From NCBI GenBank assembly GCA_964399865.1, contig CAYNRJ010000001.1, forward strand, positions 202,050 to 266,049: a stretch of 64,000 bases of DNA. The letters run 5' to 3'. This DNA comes from an uncultured Candidatus Saccharibacteria bacterium. GTDB taxonomy: Bacteria; Patescibacteriota; Minisyncoccia; Phycocordibacterales; UBA2100. A program made the translations under genes and the position numbers. Below are positions 28,234 through 38,033 of this stretch, piece by piece (position 1 is the stretch's first letter; each line of letters opens with the position of its first letter). Below the pieces are notes generated by a model. It had not been told where the DNA came from. It searched no databases and saw nothing but the letters and a program-made list of their open reading frames with translations.

Positions 28234-28632
28234 TTAGTTTGCGTCGTGCATCTCGGTTATCGTGAATATTCCCTTCATATTGTATTTCGCCCAATGATCT
28301 GAGCTTAGTGCTTCTTTGATCACGACAAACCCGTTCGCAGTGATATGTTCTCCGCTCATGAACTGCTCCATAGCTGAGCCCGACGCACCAAAATTAACTG
28401 CGTAATACACGCCGTCATCCGTTTTCAATCCGAACGCACATTCATCCGTCTGAGGTCCCGACTCGTCTAGGTGCGGCAAACACACATATGTACCTGAGAG
28501 CGTTACGTTTTGAGGAGTAGGGTCTAACTCCTCTGCCTCCTTAGGAGACGAGCTGGAAAAGGTAACGAACGCGAGAAATCCAATAATGAGAACCGCGGCA
28601 ATCGCGAGAAGTGTGCTGTTTTTCGTATTCAT
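28234..28632 (-). CDS. Membrane-anchored hypothetical protein
   Basis: N-terminal TM; CLPH...ECAFG motif. Confidence 0.7.
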   Translation of the reverse strand: MNTKNSTLLAIAAVLIIGFLAFVTFSSSSPKEAEELDPTPQNVTLSGTYVCLPHLDESGPQTDECAFGLKTDDGVYYAVNFGASGSAMEQFMSGEHITANGFVVIKEALSSDHWAKYNMKGIFTITEMHDAN

Positions 28633-28671
28633 AGAAAAAATATATCATACCCGCCCTGTTATAATCGAAGA

Positions 28672-28884
28672 ATGAACATAAAAAGCTGGCTTCTGTATCT
28701 TACAAATAACGAAAACGTATCGCGTCATGAGCAAGGGTTCGATATCGCCTTTTTTATCGTTAACACACTCGCCGTGACTCTGGGTGGTGCGTACTGCGCT
28801 TACATCGGAGAATGGCAGTGGGTACCATTTCTCATTATCGAATACACGTGGGCCATCGACACAATGCGGCACAATAGACCATAA
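28672..28884 (+). CDS. Small membrane protein
   Basis: 70 aa ORF with an upstream TATAAT. Confidence 0.6.
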   Translation: MNIKSWLLYLTNNENVSRHEQGFDIAFFIVNTLAVTLGGAYCAYIGEWQWVPFLIIEYTWAIDTMRHNRP

Positions 28885-28985
28885 GCTATTATCGCAAAAC
28901 AAAAAGACACTCTTCGTGAGTGTCTTTTGTATGAGGAAAACCTCATCAGCTCCCCTCCTCGCTCCCAAACCTATTTTGTCCGCGC

Positions 28986-29600
28986 TTAAGAATCGTCTCG
29001 TCCTACTTCAACTTCTTCGAGTTTTTGATTCGTCACGTAGAACGTACGGGTTTTAGCAACTGTTGGCGTAGCGGTGAATGGTTCGCCTTCTCCGCGCACG
29101 AGCGTTTGTACAGTAACGCGATAGTCAGCATTCGAATCATTAACTAGTTCGCCGATGCCAACTCTTGATACCTCGATCCGATCCCCGAGAAATGCCTCGG
29201 ACTTTTTGGTGAACGTGTTCCCTGACACATCAAAAAGGACAAGGTAGTAGAACGTACCTGTCCCACCACTATTCACTGCAAGAATCGCCGCAAGATCCGT
29301 TCTACCCTTTTTTCCCCAGACTGCAGACATATCATCCACCACAGTAACCATTCCTTCGTCAGCAGAGCCTGCTTCTATGCTGAACATTGCCTCTCCATCT
29401 TTCAGTGTGACTACTGCGTCAGAATCAGGGACGGTAATCGTGGCATTCTGCAATAGAGTGCCCGCGGATACGCTGTCTTCTTCCTCAGTAATCGTAAGTG
29501 GAGGCACTTCGGATGAAGTCTCGTCTTTCTTCAGTAGCGCAAACGCACCGATGCCTATAAGAATAAGGATTATAAGTACCGTCCAGAATGCAGGTTTCAT
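28986..29600 (-). CDS. Membrane-anchored hypothetical protein
   Basis: N-terminal TM; NSGGTGTFYYL and LGDRI motifs. Confidence 0.75.
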   Translation of the reverse strand: MKPAFWTVLIILILIGIGAFALLKKDETSSEVPPLTITEEEDSVSAGTLLQNATITVPDSDAVVTLKDGEAMFSIEAGSADEGMVTVVDDMSAVWGKKGRTDLAAILAVNSGGTGTFYYLVLFDVSGNTFTKKSEAFLGDRIEVSRVGIGELVNDSNADYRVTVQTLVRGEGEPFTATPTVAKTRTFYVTNQKLEEVEVGRDDS

Positions 29601-29637
29601 ATATGGTAAGTATATTGTAGTAAAATGAGGGCGCAAA

Positions 29638-29883
29638 CTAAATCCGCGGATCATTTTGTGCGATCCAATTGATCGCATCTCCTAGAACAGTATTGTCAAA
29701 AAATTGCAGCATTATGCTGGCAACAACGGCAGTTACCACGGTCGAGCCGATGATGAATCCCATTCCGTAGATCACACCATTTCTAAGCACATGCCACACG
29801 GACATTTGTTGCTTTATCCGACGATTTAGCACTTCAAGATTACTGACTACTTCATCACGCGATGAGACAGGAAAATCAGTCAT
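29638..29883 (-). CDS. Small membrane protein (DUF5665-like)
   Basis: LRNGVIYGMGFIIGSTV motif. Confidence 0.6.
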   Translation of the reverse strand: MTDFPVSSRDEVVSNLEVLNRRIKQQMSVWHVLRNGVIYGMGFIIGSTVVTAVVASIMLQFFDNTVLGDAINWIAQNDPRI

Positions 29884-29923
29884 AGTAATACCTATTGTAG
29901 CACCGGATTCCGTTCGGGATATA

Positions 29924-30442
29924 ATGCGGCTCATGAAATGGATAGTACGGATCCTCATACTTCTTATCGTTGTCGTCGGACTTTTCTACGCGCTGAATGG
30001 CTATATCTACAATGAGAAGCAGGGCGCAGAGACTCCCGCACTATCGAACGGCGAACATCTTGGATTCATTCATGCGCTGATAGATAACAACACTGCTATG
30101 GATTTTGACGATGCAATCTGGCTTACGGGAACTGCAGCAGAGGACGCAGCGATTGCGGCCGGAATCTGCACGGAGGAAACTCGAAATGAATGCACACCGA
30201 ACGGTTACTTCATACAGAACTCTACACGGGACGATGCGCGTATTTCTATCGATCCGCAAACAGTAGTCGTCATGCAGACAAAGAATATGGAAGAAACGGG
30301 CGGTATAGAGGCGAAACAAATATCTCTGACCGAATTCGCATCTCTCATTAACGACCAGAATCTTCACTGGAATGAGCTTCCATACACGATCACCATTACA
30401 AACAATACAGTCACTCGTATTGCCGAGGTCTATATTCCATAA
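29924..30442 (+). CDS. Membrane-anchored hypothetical protein
   Basis: N-terminal TM; ends in EVYIP. Confidence 0.7.
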   Translation: MRLMKWIVRILILLIVVVGLFYALNGYIYNEKQGAETPALSNGEHLGFIHALIDNNTAMDFDDAIWLTGTAAEDAAIAAGICTEETRNECTPNGYFIQNSTRDDARISIDPQTVVVMQTKNMEETGGIEAKQISLTEFASLINDQNLHWNELPYTITITNNTVTRIAEVYIP

Positions 30443-30445
30443 ACA

Positions 30446-30931
30446 ATGAAAACTCAACTTACCTCAGAAGAAGGTGCCGAAAAGCTACACAGTAAACTTC
30501 ACTTTGAACGGAGATGGGATGATCGCATTGCTGATTTCCTCACGCACTACTTTGGTACGGTGCATTTTCTTATTTTCAATGCAATTTTCTTTACACTTTG
30601 GATAATTCGTAACACTCCTTGGTTTGGGTTTACTCCCTTTGATCCCTTCCCTTTCGGATTACTCACCATGATCGTTTCTCTTGAAGCGATCGTCCTATCG
30701 GTTATCGTACTCATTTCACAAAACCGACAAAGCAAGATCTCCGACATTCGACAACGTATTGAGTTCGAGGTTGATGTTCGTTCCGAGGAAGAGGCGACGA
30801 AGACATTGCAGATGCTCCACGAACTGCATTCTCACTTTGGGATAAAGACTAAACACGGAGGAGATCTTCGACGTATGGAAAAGCAGACAGATCTCGAAGG
30901 AATTCGACGCTCTCTCGAACGAGGAGAATAA
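30446..30931 (+). CDS. DUF1003 membrane protein
   Basis: FDPFPFGLLTMIVSLEAI...ISQNRQ. Confidence 0.9.
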   Translation: MKTQLTSEEGAEKLHSKLHFERRWDDRIADFLTHYFGTVHFLIFNAIFFTLWIIRNTPWFGFTPFDPFPFGLLTMIVSLEAIVLSVIVLISQNRQSKISDIRQRIEFEVDVRSEEEATKTLQMLHELHSHFGIKTKHGGDLRRMEKQTDLEGIRRSLERGE

Positions 30932-30956
30932 ATGTTTTGCGGTATACTGGTCCGTT

Positions 30957-32384
30957 ATGATATCTAAAATCGATAAGCGGTGGCTCGCTCTTATAGTTCT
31001 CATGCTCGGCGATCTTATGATCGTGCTCGATTCGACGATCGTAAACGTCGCACTCCCTTCCATCAAAGAAAGCCTCGCATTTACTGAGACTTCTCTTGTA
31101 TGGGTCGTGAACGCGTACTTACTTACATTCGGCGGGCTTCTTCTCCTTGGTGGACGATTGGGAGATATATTTGGCCCACGTCGTCTTTTCCTCATTGGCC
31201 TTTCAATATTTACTATCGCCTCTCTCGCCTGCGGACTCGCCTCTTCCCAGGAGATGCTTATCATCGCTCGCGCTGTACAGGGTATCGGGGGCGCCATCGT
31301 CTCTGCGGTTGGTCTTTCCCTTCTCATGAATCTATTTACAGAGACTAGCGAGCGTGCAAAAGCAATGGGACTTTTTGGATTCGTAATGGCGGGTGGTGGC
31401 ACTATTGGAGTCCTTCTTGGAGGAGTCCTCACCGGTGCCCTTAATTGGCACTGGATCTTCCTCGTCAACATTCCGATAGGTATCGCGGTATTCGTTCTCT
31501 GTTTTATGCTGTTACCCCACAGCAGAAGAGAAAACGCTCCAGGACATTTGGATATAGGAGGCGCTATTACTGTCACCGCTTCTTTAATGCTTGCAGTGTA
31601 TGCAATCGTGAAGGGCAACGAGCTAGGGTGGACTTCGTTTCAGACGTTAGGAATGCTCGCGATGTCAGCCACCCTTCTTGCGTTGTTCATCTTCATTGAG
31701 AGTAGGGTCCGTTCCCCTCTCATGCCCCTTACACTTTTCCGTAAGCGATCCGTTACTGTAGCAAACATAATGAGTGTCCTTTGGGCAGCAGCAATGTTTG
31801 CATGGTTCTTTATCTCTGCCCTCTATCTTCAAGTTGTGCTTGGATACACACCAATGCAAGTGGGGCTCGCATTCATTCCCGCGAACATCATCATGGCTGC
31901 ATTTTCGGTAGGTCTATCTGCGAAACTAGTAATGCGATTCGGGCTCCGAATTCCACTCGTACTTGGACTTTCGCTCGCTGCAATCGGCCTCGCACTCTTT
32001 GGATTCTCACCAGTTGATGGCAGTTTCGTATGGCATGTGCTCCCAGGCATGACGCTCCTTGGAATTGGAGCGGGTATGGCATTCAATCCAATCCTTCTTG
32101 CCGCCATGAATGATGTCTCTCAAGAGGAATCGGGTCTTGCCTCTGGAGTCGTTAACACCGCCTTTATGATGGGAGGAGCAGTCGGTCTTGCGATACTCGC
32201 TTCCCTTGCTGCATCAAAGACCATGTCACTGATAAGTGCGGGTACAGAACAAATAGCAGCAGTAAATGGTGGGTATCATCTCGCCTTTCTTGTTGGGGCA
32301 GCATTTGCCGCGATTGCAGCGCTCATTGGTGCAGTCTTTCTCCGAGGAGGTGTGTCTACGAACACATCCCATTCCGTTCATTAA
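30957..32384 (+). CDS. DHA2 family MFS efflux transporter
   Basis: LDSTIVNVALPSI and GRLGDIFGPRR motifs; many TM helices. Confidence 0.93.
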   Translation: MISKIDKRWLALIVLMLGDLMIVLDSTIVNVALPSIKESLAFTETSLVWVVNAYLLTFGGLLLLGGRLGDIFGPRRLFLIGLSIFTIASLACGLASSQEMLIIARAVQGIGGAIVSAVGLSLLMNLFTETSERAKAMGLFGFVMAGGGTIGVLLGGVLTGALNWHWIFLVNIPIGIAVFVLCFMLLPHSRRENAPGHLDIGGAITVTASLMLAVYAIVKGNELGWTSFQTLGMLAMSATLLALFIFIESRVRSPLMPLTLFRKRSVTVANIMSVLWAAAMFAWFFISALYLQVVLGYTPMQVGLAFIPANIIMAAFSVGLSAKLVMRFGLRIPLVLGLSLAAIGLALFGFSPVDGSFVWHVLPGMTLLGIGAGMAFNPILLAAMNDVSQEESGLASGVVNTAFMMGGAVGLAILASLAASKTMSLISAGTEQIAAVNGGYHLAFLVGAAFAAIAALIGAVFLRGGVSTNTSHSVH

Positions 32385-32407
32385 TAAATACTCGTAATAT
32401 TTACTTC

Positions 32408-32773
32408 ATGAGCACGTCATATGAAGTAAGTAGTATGAAAGCATTATTTTGGATTTTGATTATTACGTGTGCGCTTCTCGGCGCTTTCTGGTGGATAAAT
32501 CAGTACACCGAGAAAAATGTTACGCCTCCGACCACGGAGGAGCCGACTCGATATATGGATATTGAGAGCTACGTGCGTACTAGCATAAACGAACTCTCCC
32601 CAACAAAAGCGGTGCTCGGCGGTACTTTCTTTGTAACTAAAATCGAGACTGCAAATGGAGTCGGAGTTGTCGAATACGAAGATGGTCACATCGCGCTGAT
32701 CGCAGATTTCACCTACGTAATTGAAGAGTCAGGAAAACCTACTGTACTGAAGTTTATTATTCGTGGATCTTAA
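32408..32773 (+). CDS. Membrane-anchored hypothetical protein
   Basis: TM; AVLGGTFFVT and VEYEDGH motifs. Confidence 0.7.
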   Translation: MSTSYEVSSMKALFWILIITCALLGAFWWINQYTEKNVTPPTTEEPTRYMDIESYVRTSINELSPTKAVLGGTFFVTKIETANGVGVVEYEDGHIALIADFTYVIEESGKPTVLKFIIRGS

Positions 32774-32780
32774 ACAACAT

Positions 32781-33044
32781 ATGAGACTCCCCTCCTCTCG
32801 CCTCGGACTTATTTTCGCCGCGATATACATTCTCCTAGCGGTATATCTTATTATTACGCAAGGTCTTTTTGGCGAGAGCTTTATCGCGATTATCCTCGGA
32901 TTGCCGTGGACACTTCTTCTATCTCTCATCGAGTTTGGTGGCGCGAGCGGTCCCTTCTTATACGTTCTTATTATTGCTCCGATGGCATTAAACGCTTTTA
33001 TTCTGTATCTCATCGGCTCGCTGTTCTCAAGGAGACGAGTGTAA
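32781..33044 (+). CDS. Small multi-TM protein
   Basis: Hydrophobic ORF. Confidence 0.65.
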   Translation: MRLPSSRLGLIFAAIYILLAVYLIITQGLFGESFIAIILGLPWTLLLSLIEFGGASGPFLYVLIIAPMALNAFILYLIGSLFSRRRV

Positions 33045-33080
33045 ATACTCTTCATTTGCTATTCAGGTTAGTCGCTCATT

Positions 33081-33344
33081 ATGAAGAGCATGAACGCCGA
33101 AAAAAGCTTCATGCAAATCTTTAATACCTACGCGGATGATGTTTTTCGTCATTCGATCTCAACGGGGCTTGGTAGAGAAAGCTCGCTCGAAGTCACGAGA
33201 GAGACGTTTGAACGCGTATGGCGCCTCGCCGCTAAGAAAGGGCGCGTAGAGTATCGCACCATATTTGAAGCCCTCGAGGATGTCTTGAATAGCCAAAAGG
33301 AGCTCGTGCATATGCATTTCGGTAAGCTCGTGAGGTCTTCATGA
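33081..33344 (+). CDS. Stand-alone ECF sigma region 2-like protein (no region 4)
   Basis: F..IFNTYADDVFR...EVTRETFERVW resembles ECF sigma region 2. Confidence 0.55.
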   Translation: MKSMNAEKSFMQIFNTYADDVFRHSISTGLGRESSLEVTRETFERVWRLAAKKGRVEYRTIFEALEDVLNSQKELVHMHFGKLVRSS

Positions 33345-33398
33345 ATCCTTCAGCAAATAGTGCTAGTGTTAATTCATATTCATTAACATTTTCACTGT

Positions 33399-34073
33399 AT
33401 GCGCCTTCTTGTAGTTGAAGATGACGAAAATGCGGCGAAAAACCTAAAGCGTTTACTAGAGAGCCGCGGATTCGCAATAGACCTCCTTCCTAATGCTGAA
33501 AAGGCATACCCAAGAATTCTTTTATATCGACAGGACTATTCCCTCATTCTCCTCGACCTCGGGCTTCCAGGAACCGGCGGTCTCGAACTTACGAAATCAC
33601 TACGAAAAGAAGGAATTACGATTCCTATAATAATCATCACAGGGCGCAGTGAGACAAAGGACAAAATAGAAGTCTTGAATTCTGGTGCGGATGATTACGT
33701 TGTGAAGCCTTTCTCCTCCGAGGAGCTAATTGCGCGCATTCACTCAGTACTCCGTCGCGAGCCTGTGGTGAGACCAGTCGTCCATAAGGTGGGTACTTTG
33801 GAAATTGACACGGCCGCGAGACGTGTAAAAAGCAATGGAAAAGAGATTCCTCTTACCCTCAAAGAGTATTCCCTCTTCGAGTGCTTCATCCGTCGACCGA
33901 ACGAAGTGGTGCGCCGTGAAGAACTGACCGATCAGGTCTGGGACTTTAACGCAGTCTCGTGGAGCAACGTCCTTGAGGTGCATATAAAAAATTTGAGAAA
34001 GAAGCTCGGGACTGACGAGGATCAGGCTCGCCTCGAGACAGTCCGCGGTGTTGGCTATAGACTTGTTGTATGA
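33399..34073 (+). CDS. OmpR/PhoB family response regulator
   Basis: VVEDD, LLDLGLP, GADDYVVKPF and ETVRGVGY motifs. Confidence 0.95.
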   Translation: MRLLVVEDDENAAKNLKRLLESRGFAIDLLPNAEKAYPRILLYRQDYSLILLDLGLPGTGGLELTKSLRKEGITIPIIIITGRSETKDKIEVLNSGADDYVVKPFSSEELIARIHSVLRREPVVRPVVHKVGTLEIDTAARRVKSNGKEIPLTLKEYSLFECFIRRPNEVVRREELTDQVWDFNAVSWSNVLEVHIKNLRKKLGTDEDQARLETVRGVGYRLVV

Positions 34074-34264
34074 CAGAAACTAACGCAGACATAGGAAAAA
34101 TTGTGCACGACCTCAGATCGTCCCTCGCCGTTATACAAACCTCGGCAGAAGCGGGACTACTTGAGCCAAAGCTCTCCGCCTCAACTCGCGAAACTTTGGA
34201 GGACATTTTGAAGGCGGTTCAAACTGCTGCAGAGACATCGAGCAAAATCCCTCTTTCCCGATGA
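34070..34264 (+). CDS. Stand-alone HisKA/DHp mini-protein
   Basis: H-box IVHDLRSSLAVI in a 64 aa ORF; ATGA overlap with the regulator. Confidence 0.65.
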   Translation: MTETNADIGKIVHDLRSSLAVIQTSAEAGLLEPKLSASTRETLEDILKAVQTAAETSSKIPLSR

Positions 34265-34297
34265 AAAGAGATTGTTTGGGTACTGCCCAGAACGAAA

Positions 34298-34320
34298 ACG
34301 CCGCCCCGATGGGGCGGCGT
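34298..34320. terminator. Intrinsic terminator hairpin
   Basis: ACGCCGCCCC-GAT-GGGGCGGCGT between convergent genes. Confidence 0.7.
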
Positions 34321-34325
34321 ATCTT

Positions 34326-34400
34326 TTATCTGTGCTTTCGGCGGCGCTTACCACCTGGTGGTTTGGAATAGTTCCGCTTCTTAGCTTTTGCCTTTGCCAT
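34326..34400 (-). CDS. 24 aa highly basic peptide (not in ORF track)
   Basis: MAKAKAKKRNYSKPPGGKRRRKHR*, with TGcTAGGAT upstream and a terminator downstream. Confidence 0.55.
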   Translation of the reverse strand: MAKAKAKKRNYSKPPGGKRRRKHR

Positions 34401-34442
34401 ATGTCGATATCCTAGCACACCAAAATACGGCTGTCCTCTTCA

Positions 34443-34610
34443 TTATTGCGCAGAATTCTTCTCGATCACAATAGGCGTTCGACTACTATCTTTTGCCATC
34501 GTATAGCCGAGACCAAAACTGAGAACAGCGGCAAGAACGATGATGCAAAATATCACGAGCTCCCATTTGTATTCCCTCTTCACAATACCCACCTTCTCTC
34601 GGACAGACAT
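34443..34610 (-). CDS. Small single-TM protein
   Basis: IIVLAAVLSFGLGY...PIVIE. Confidence 0.6.
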   Translation of the reverse strand: MSVREKVGIVKREYKWELVIFCIIVLAAVLSFGLGYTMAKDSSRTPIVIEKNSAQ

Positions 34611-34640
34611 GGAAATACGATACCATGAAGTGATCACTCC

Positions 34641-36098
34641 ATGCGCTCGCATGATTTCTTCTTTATTTCTACCTGTGCTTTCCTTGCGGGAGTCATATCC
34701 GGCGGATTAGGAATAGCTCCAGCGTTCGGTGCGATTTTTATACTTGTTGCAACACTCATTATTTTTCTTGTTTTTAAGTTACCGCTCCGCCCCCTTCTCG
34801 TAGTTACCGCACTTTTCTTAACTGGGAGCATCTACTATTCAATCGATGATTACAAGTACCGCGAAACGCGATATGCCGTCGAACGCGTACAAGTAATCGA
34901 AGGTGTGATTATAGACGAACCGCGAAGAAAGACGGATTCTCAAAATCTCGAGGTCCGTATACATTCTTCTGACCAAGAGGAAGCAGTGGGCGGAAGCGTC
35001 TATGTCAGGATCGATCCGATCCCAGAGATATCGTACGGGGACATTGTCAGAGTTGACGGTGAGATAGTTCCTCCCCCGCAAGACTCGTACGGAAACTATA
35101 TGGCCAAGGAGCATGTCCACGGCTCATTCTTTTATCCCACGATAGAAATACTCGGCAACGATGCGAATCCGCTCCTAGCAGGATTATTTGGGATCCGTAA
35201 TCATATACAAAAAGTTCTTGAGAGGCTGTTTACCGCCCAGCAAGCAGCATTCCTATCTGGGATCATGCTCGGTGATAAAGACGGATTCTCGCCGGAATTC
35301 CTGGAGAAGCTCTCCGCAAGCGGAACGATGCACCTTATGGCGCTCTCTGGACTTAACATGACGATTATCGTGTTCGTAGCTATTGGGATTTTCTCAGTCG
35401 TATTTTGGAAGCGAAAACGGTCTCAGTTCATTGCTACATTTGCAACAGTCGCTCTTTTCGTCGCAATGACTGGCTTCCAGGTTTCAGCGATACGTGCCGC
35501 CCTCATGGCATTTCTCGTCGGCTTCGCAACAATTTCCGGTCGCCTGTACAATCCAAGAAACGCGATCGCATTTGCTGCCCTTCTACTTACGATCTGGAAT
35601 CCAAAAGCTCCGGTATATGATCTTGGATTCCAGCTCTCGTTCCTGGCTACCATCGCTATTATCTACCTCACTCCAGTACTAAAGCGATTCTCTCTCTTCC
35701 AGACAAATGGTGTGTTGGGATGGCGTGACGTGCTGGCAATCACGCTCGCTGCGCAGATCGGCGTTTTTCCTATAACCATTATTAATTTCGCGAACTTTTC
35801 ATTTACTTCCCTCCTCGCCAATATTGCGATACTTGCGGTTATTCCACTCCTTACCGTATTTGGATTTATTATCGCGGCAGCGGGAATGATATTTCCACCG
35901 CTCGGCGCTCTTCTCGCCAAGCCTGCAGCGTTCCTCATAGACTATGTCGTCATCGTTGTCGAAACATTTGCCTCTGTTCGCATTCCATTCAACCCAGAGT
36001 TCGGTTTTTTCACCGCACTCCTCTATTACGCCGTAGTAGTATGGATATGTTGGCGCTATCCCCCTCGACATGACGCAACAACACAAGAAAACAGGTAA
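34641..36098 (+). CDS. comEC: ComEC/Rec2 DNA uptake channel (membrane part)
   Basis: GTMHLMALSGLN, SAIRA and DLGFQLSFLAT motifs. Confidence 0.93.
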   Translation: MRSHDFFFISTCAFLAGVISGGLGIAPAFGAIFILVATLIIFLVFKLPLRPLLVVTALFLTGSIYYSIDDYKYRETRYAVERVQVIEGVIIDEPRRKTDSQNLEVRIHSSDQEEAVGGSVYVRIDPIPEISYGDIVRVDGEIVPPPQDSYGNYMAKEHVHGSFFYPTIEILGNDANPLLAGLFGIRNHIQKVLERLFTAQQAAFLSGIMLGDKDGFSPEFLEKLSASGTMHLMALSGLNMTIIVFVAIGIFSVVFWKRKRSQFIATFATVALFVAMTGFQVSAIRAALMAFLVGFATISGRLYNPRNAIAFAALLLTIWNPKAPVYDLGFQLSFLATIAIIYLTPVLKRFSLFQTNGVLGWRDVLAITLAAQIGVFPITIINFANFSFTSLLANIAILAVIPLLTVFGFIIAAAGMIFPPLGALLAKPAAFLIDYVVIVVETFASVRIPFNPEFGFFTALLYYAVVVWICWRYPPRHDATTQENR

Positions 36099-37611
36099 CG
36101 AGTATTTCGCCGGCGTCGAAATATCCGAAAGTGTGTTCGGGTCGCGCAAAATTCTGGTTCAACTCGGCACAATTATCGCCGTCGGCCTTACCTGTTGGAT
36201 ATGGTTTGGCATTCTGACTACACAAAAAATAGCGGGGGCGACATATATTCTCGACATAGGCCAGGGTGACAGTCAGCTAGTAGTTCTCCCCTCGCCCGAT
36301 AAAAAAACTGCAGTCAAGATCCTGATAGACGGCGGGAAGGACAGACGTGTACTGGACGCACTCGACGAGGCTCTTGGCGCTCTCAACAATAAGTATATTG
36401 ATATAGTCGTCATGACCCATACCGATCTCGATCACATGGGCGGACTTGTCGAGGTACTAAAGAGATACGATGTTGGATTATTCGTTTCGAATGGACGAGC
36501 AGCAGACTCGGACGCATATAGAATGCTTCAAAAGGAGCTATCGGATCGCGAGATCCACACGATAACGTTACTTGAGGGAGACCGTATACGATACGGCGAC
36601 AGCGATGTATTTATCATTTCTCCCGACCCTGCTCTCCTCGCTAGCAAGGAAGTAAATGAGGCAAGCATTGTCACGATGCTGACTACAAATTCGTCGAGGG
36701 GCGAAGTAAAAATGCTTTTTACTGCAGACATAGGCATTACAACTGAGAATATTCTTATCAAGAAAGGATACGACTTACGGGCAGATGTACTGAAGGTGGG
36801 TCACCATGGTTCAAGGTATTCATCTGGCGACAATTTTGTCGCTGCCGTGCATCCCGTTGTTTCTGCCATAGGGGTCGGAAAGAACACCTATGGCCATCCG
36901 ACGGCACGAGCTCTTGAAACACTCGAGCTTGCTGGTTCGCGCATCTATCGTACCGACCAGGATGGCACGATTAAAATACCTTTTGATGATGAGGGCGTAT
37001 CGGAGAGTGCTGCAACTACTCATAAAACAGGCTTCCTCGCAGCAATCTCAAGCATCCTTTCAGGTGGATACAAGAAGGATCCCTTGACCACCGTGTCACT
37101 CTCAAGCGCCGAAGAAAGTGGGCGCGAATTCAAACTCACCCCATACAAGCAGTGTTCTTTTGCAGCCGGAGGAAATCCGAAACATTCACCCGTCATACTG
37201 AGTGAGATTGCGTGGATGGGTGGCGGAGGTGGGTCGACGCATGAATGGATTGAGTTGAAGAACATCTCTGGCAAAGCACTGAATCTATCCGGTTGGCAGA
37301 TCCTGAACGAAAATGAAAGGGTACGTATCACGTTCCCCCAAAAATCTACATTCGATTCACAATTCATCATGCTCGCCCGCGCTGCGGCGAACGATTCTTT
37401 ACAACTTGATGCGGATATCATTTTTACCGGCTCAATACGCAATTCGAACGAGGGGTTGCGACTTTTTGATAACGAGTGCAATTTGATAGACGAGGTGTTT
37501 GCATCCCCTTCTTGGCCCGCGGGAGATAACAAATCCAAGAAGACGATGGAACGTGTAGGAGGACTTGGGTGGATCACGTCGAATATCGAGAACGGTACGC
37601 CCCGGCAGTGA
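36070..37611 (+). CDS. ComEC-type metallo-beta-lactamase domain fused to a lamin-tail domain
   Basis: DIGQGD, THTDLDHMGG and KVGHHGS; C-terminal SEIAWMG...EWIELKN. Confidence 0.88.
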   Translation: MTQQHKKTGNEYFAGVEISESVFGSRKILVQLGTIIAVGLTCWIWFGILTTQKIAGATYILDIGQGDSQLVVLPSPDKKTAVKILIDGGKDRRVLDALDEALGALNNKYIDIVVMTHTDLDHMGGLVEVLKRYDVGLFVSNGRAADSDAYRMLQKELSDREIHTITLLEGDRIRYGDSDVFIISPDPALLASKEVNEASIVTMLTTNSSRGEVKMLFTADIGITTENILIKKGYDLRADVLKVGHHGSRYSSGDNFVAAVHPVVSAIGVGKNTYGHPTARALETLELAGSRIYRTDQDGTIKIPFDDEGVSESAATTHKTGFLAAISSILSGGYKKDPLTTVSLSSAEESGREFKLTPYKQCSFAAGGNPKHSPVILSEIAWMGGGGGSTHEWIELKNISGKALNLSGWQILNENERVRITFPQKSTFDSQFIMLARAAANDSLQLDADIIFTGSIRNSNEGLRLFDNECNLIDEVFASPSWPAGDNKSKKTMERVGGLGWITSNIENGTPRQ

Positions 37612-37644
37612 GGCCTGGCCTCACTGCGTTGAGTAAGAAACTAA

Positions 37645-37673
37645 TTGACAGAGTCATTCAGCCATGCTATCTT
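37645..37673 (+). promoter_or_regulatory. Sigma70 promoter of the cold-shock gene
   Basis: TTGACA-N17-TATCTT, followed by a ~90 nt leader. Confidence 0.7.
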
Positions 37674-37770
37674 TCTCGTATCAATCTAGCGCTGACCCAG
37701 AGGTAAGGGGTCGAACTCTCCACTTTCAGCCCACTGTTTGATACTTTATCCAAGATTCATCCAAATGCAC

Positions 37771-37974
37771 ATGCAAACAGGAATAATCGCCCGTCTCACC
37801 GACAAGGGTTTCGGGTTCATCACTCGCGAGGGGGAGGCAAAAGATCTCTTTTTCCACTCTAACGAGCTCGTCAACACAACGTTCGACGCTCTCCGCGAGG
37901 GTGACAAGCTTGAGTTTGAAGTTGCGGACAGCCCAAAAGGCCCTAACGCAGTCAAAGTCAGCAAGATCTCATAA
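37771..37974 (+). CDS. cspA: Cold-shock protein
   Basis: KGFGFI, DLFFH and KGPNA motifs. Confidence 0.95.
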   Translation: MQTGIIARLTDKGFGFITREGEAKDLFFHSNELVNTTFDALREGDKLEFEVADSPKGPNAVKVSKIS

Positions 37975-37985
37975 GGATCTATAAC

Positions 37986-38013
37986 AAAAAGCGCCCCTTA
38001 CGGGGCGTTTTTT
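37986..38013. terminator. Bidirectional terminator
   Basis: AAAAAGCGCCCC-TTAC-GGGGCGTTTTTT. Confidence 0.8.
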
Positions 38014-38033
38014 GTTTTGGATACTTCCCTAGC

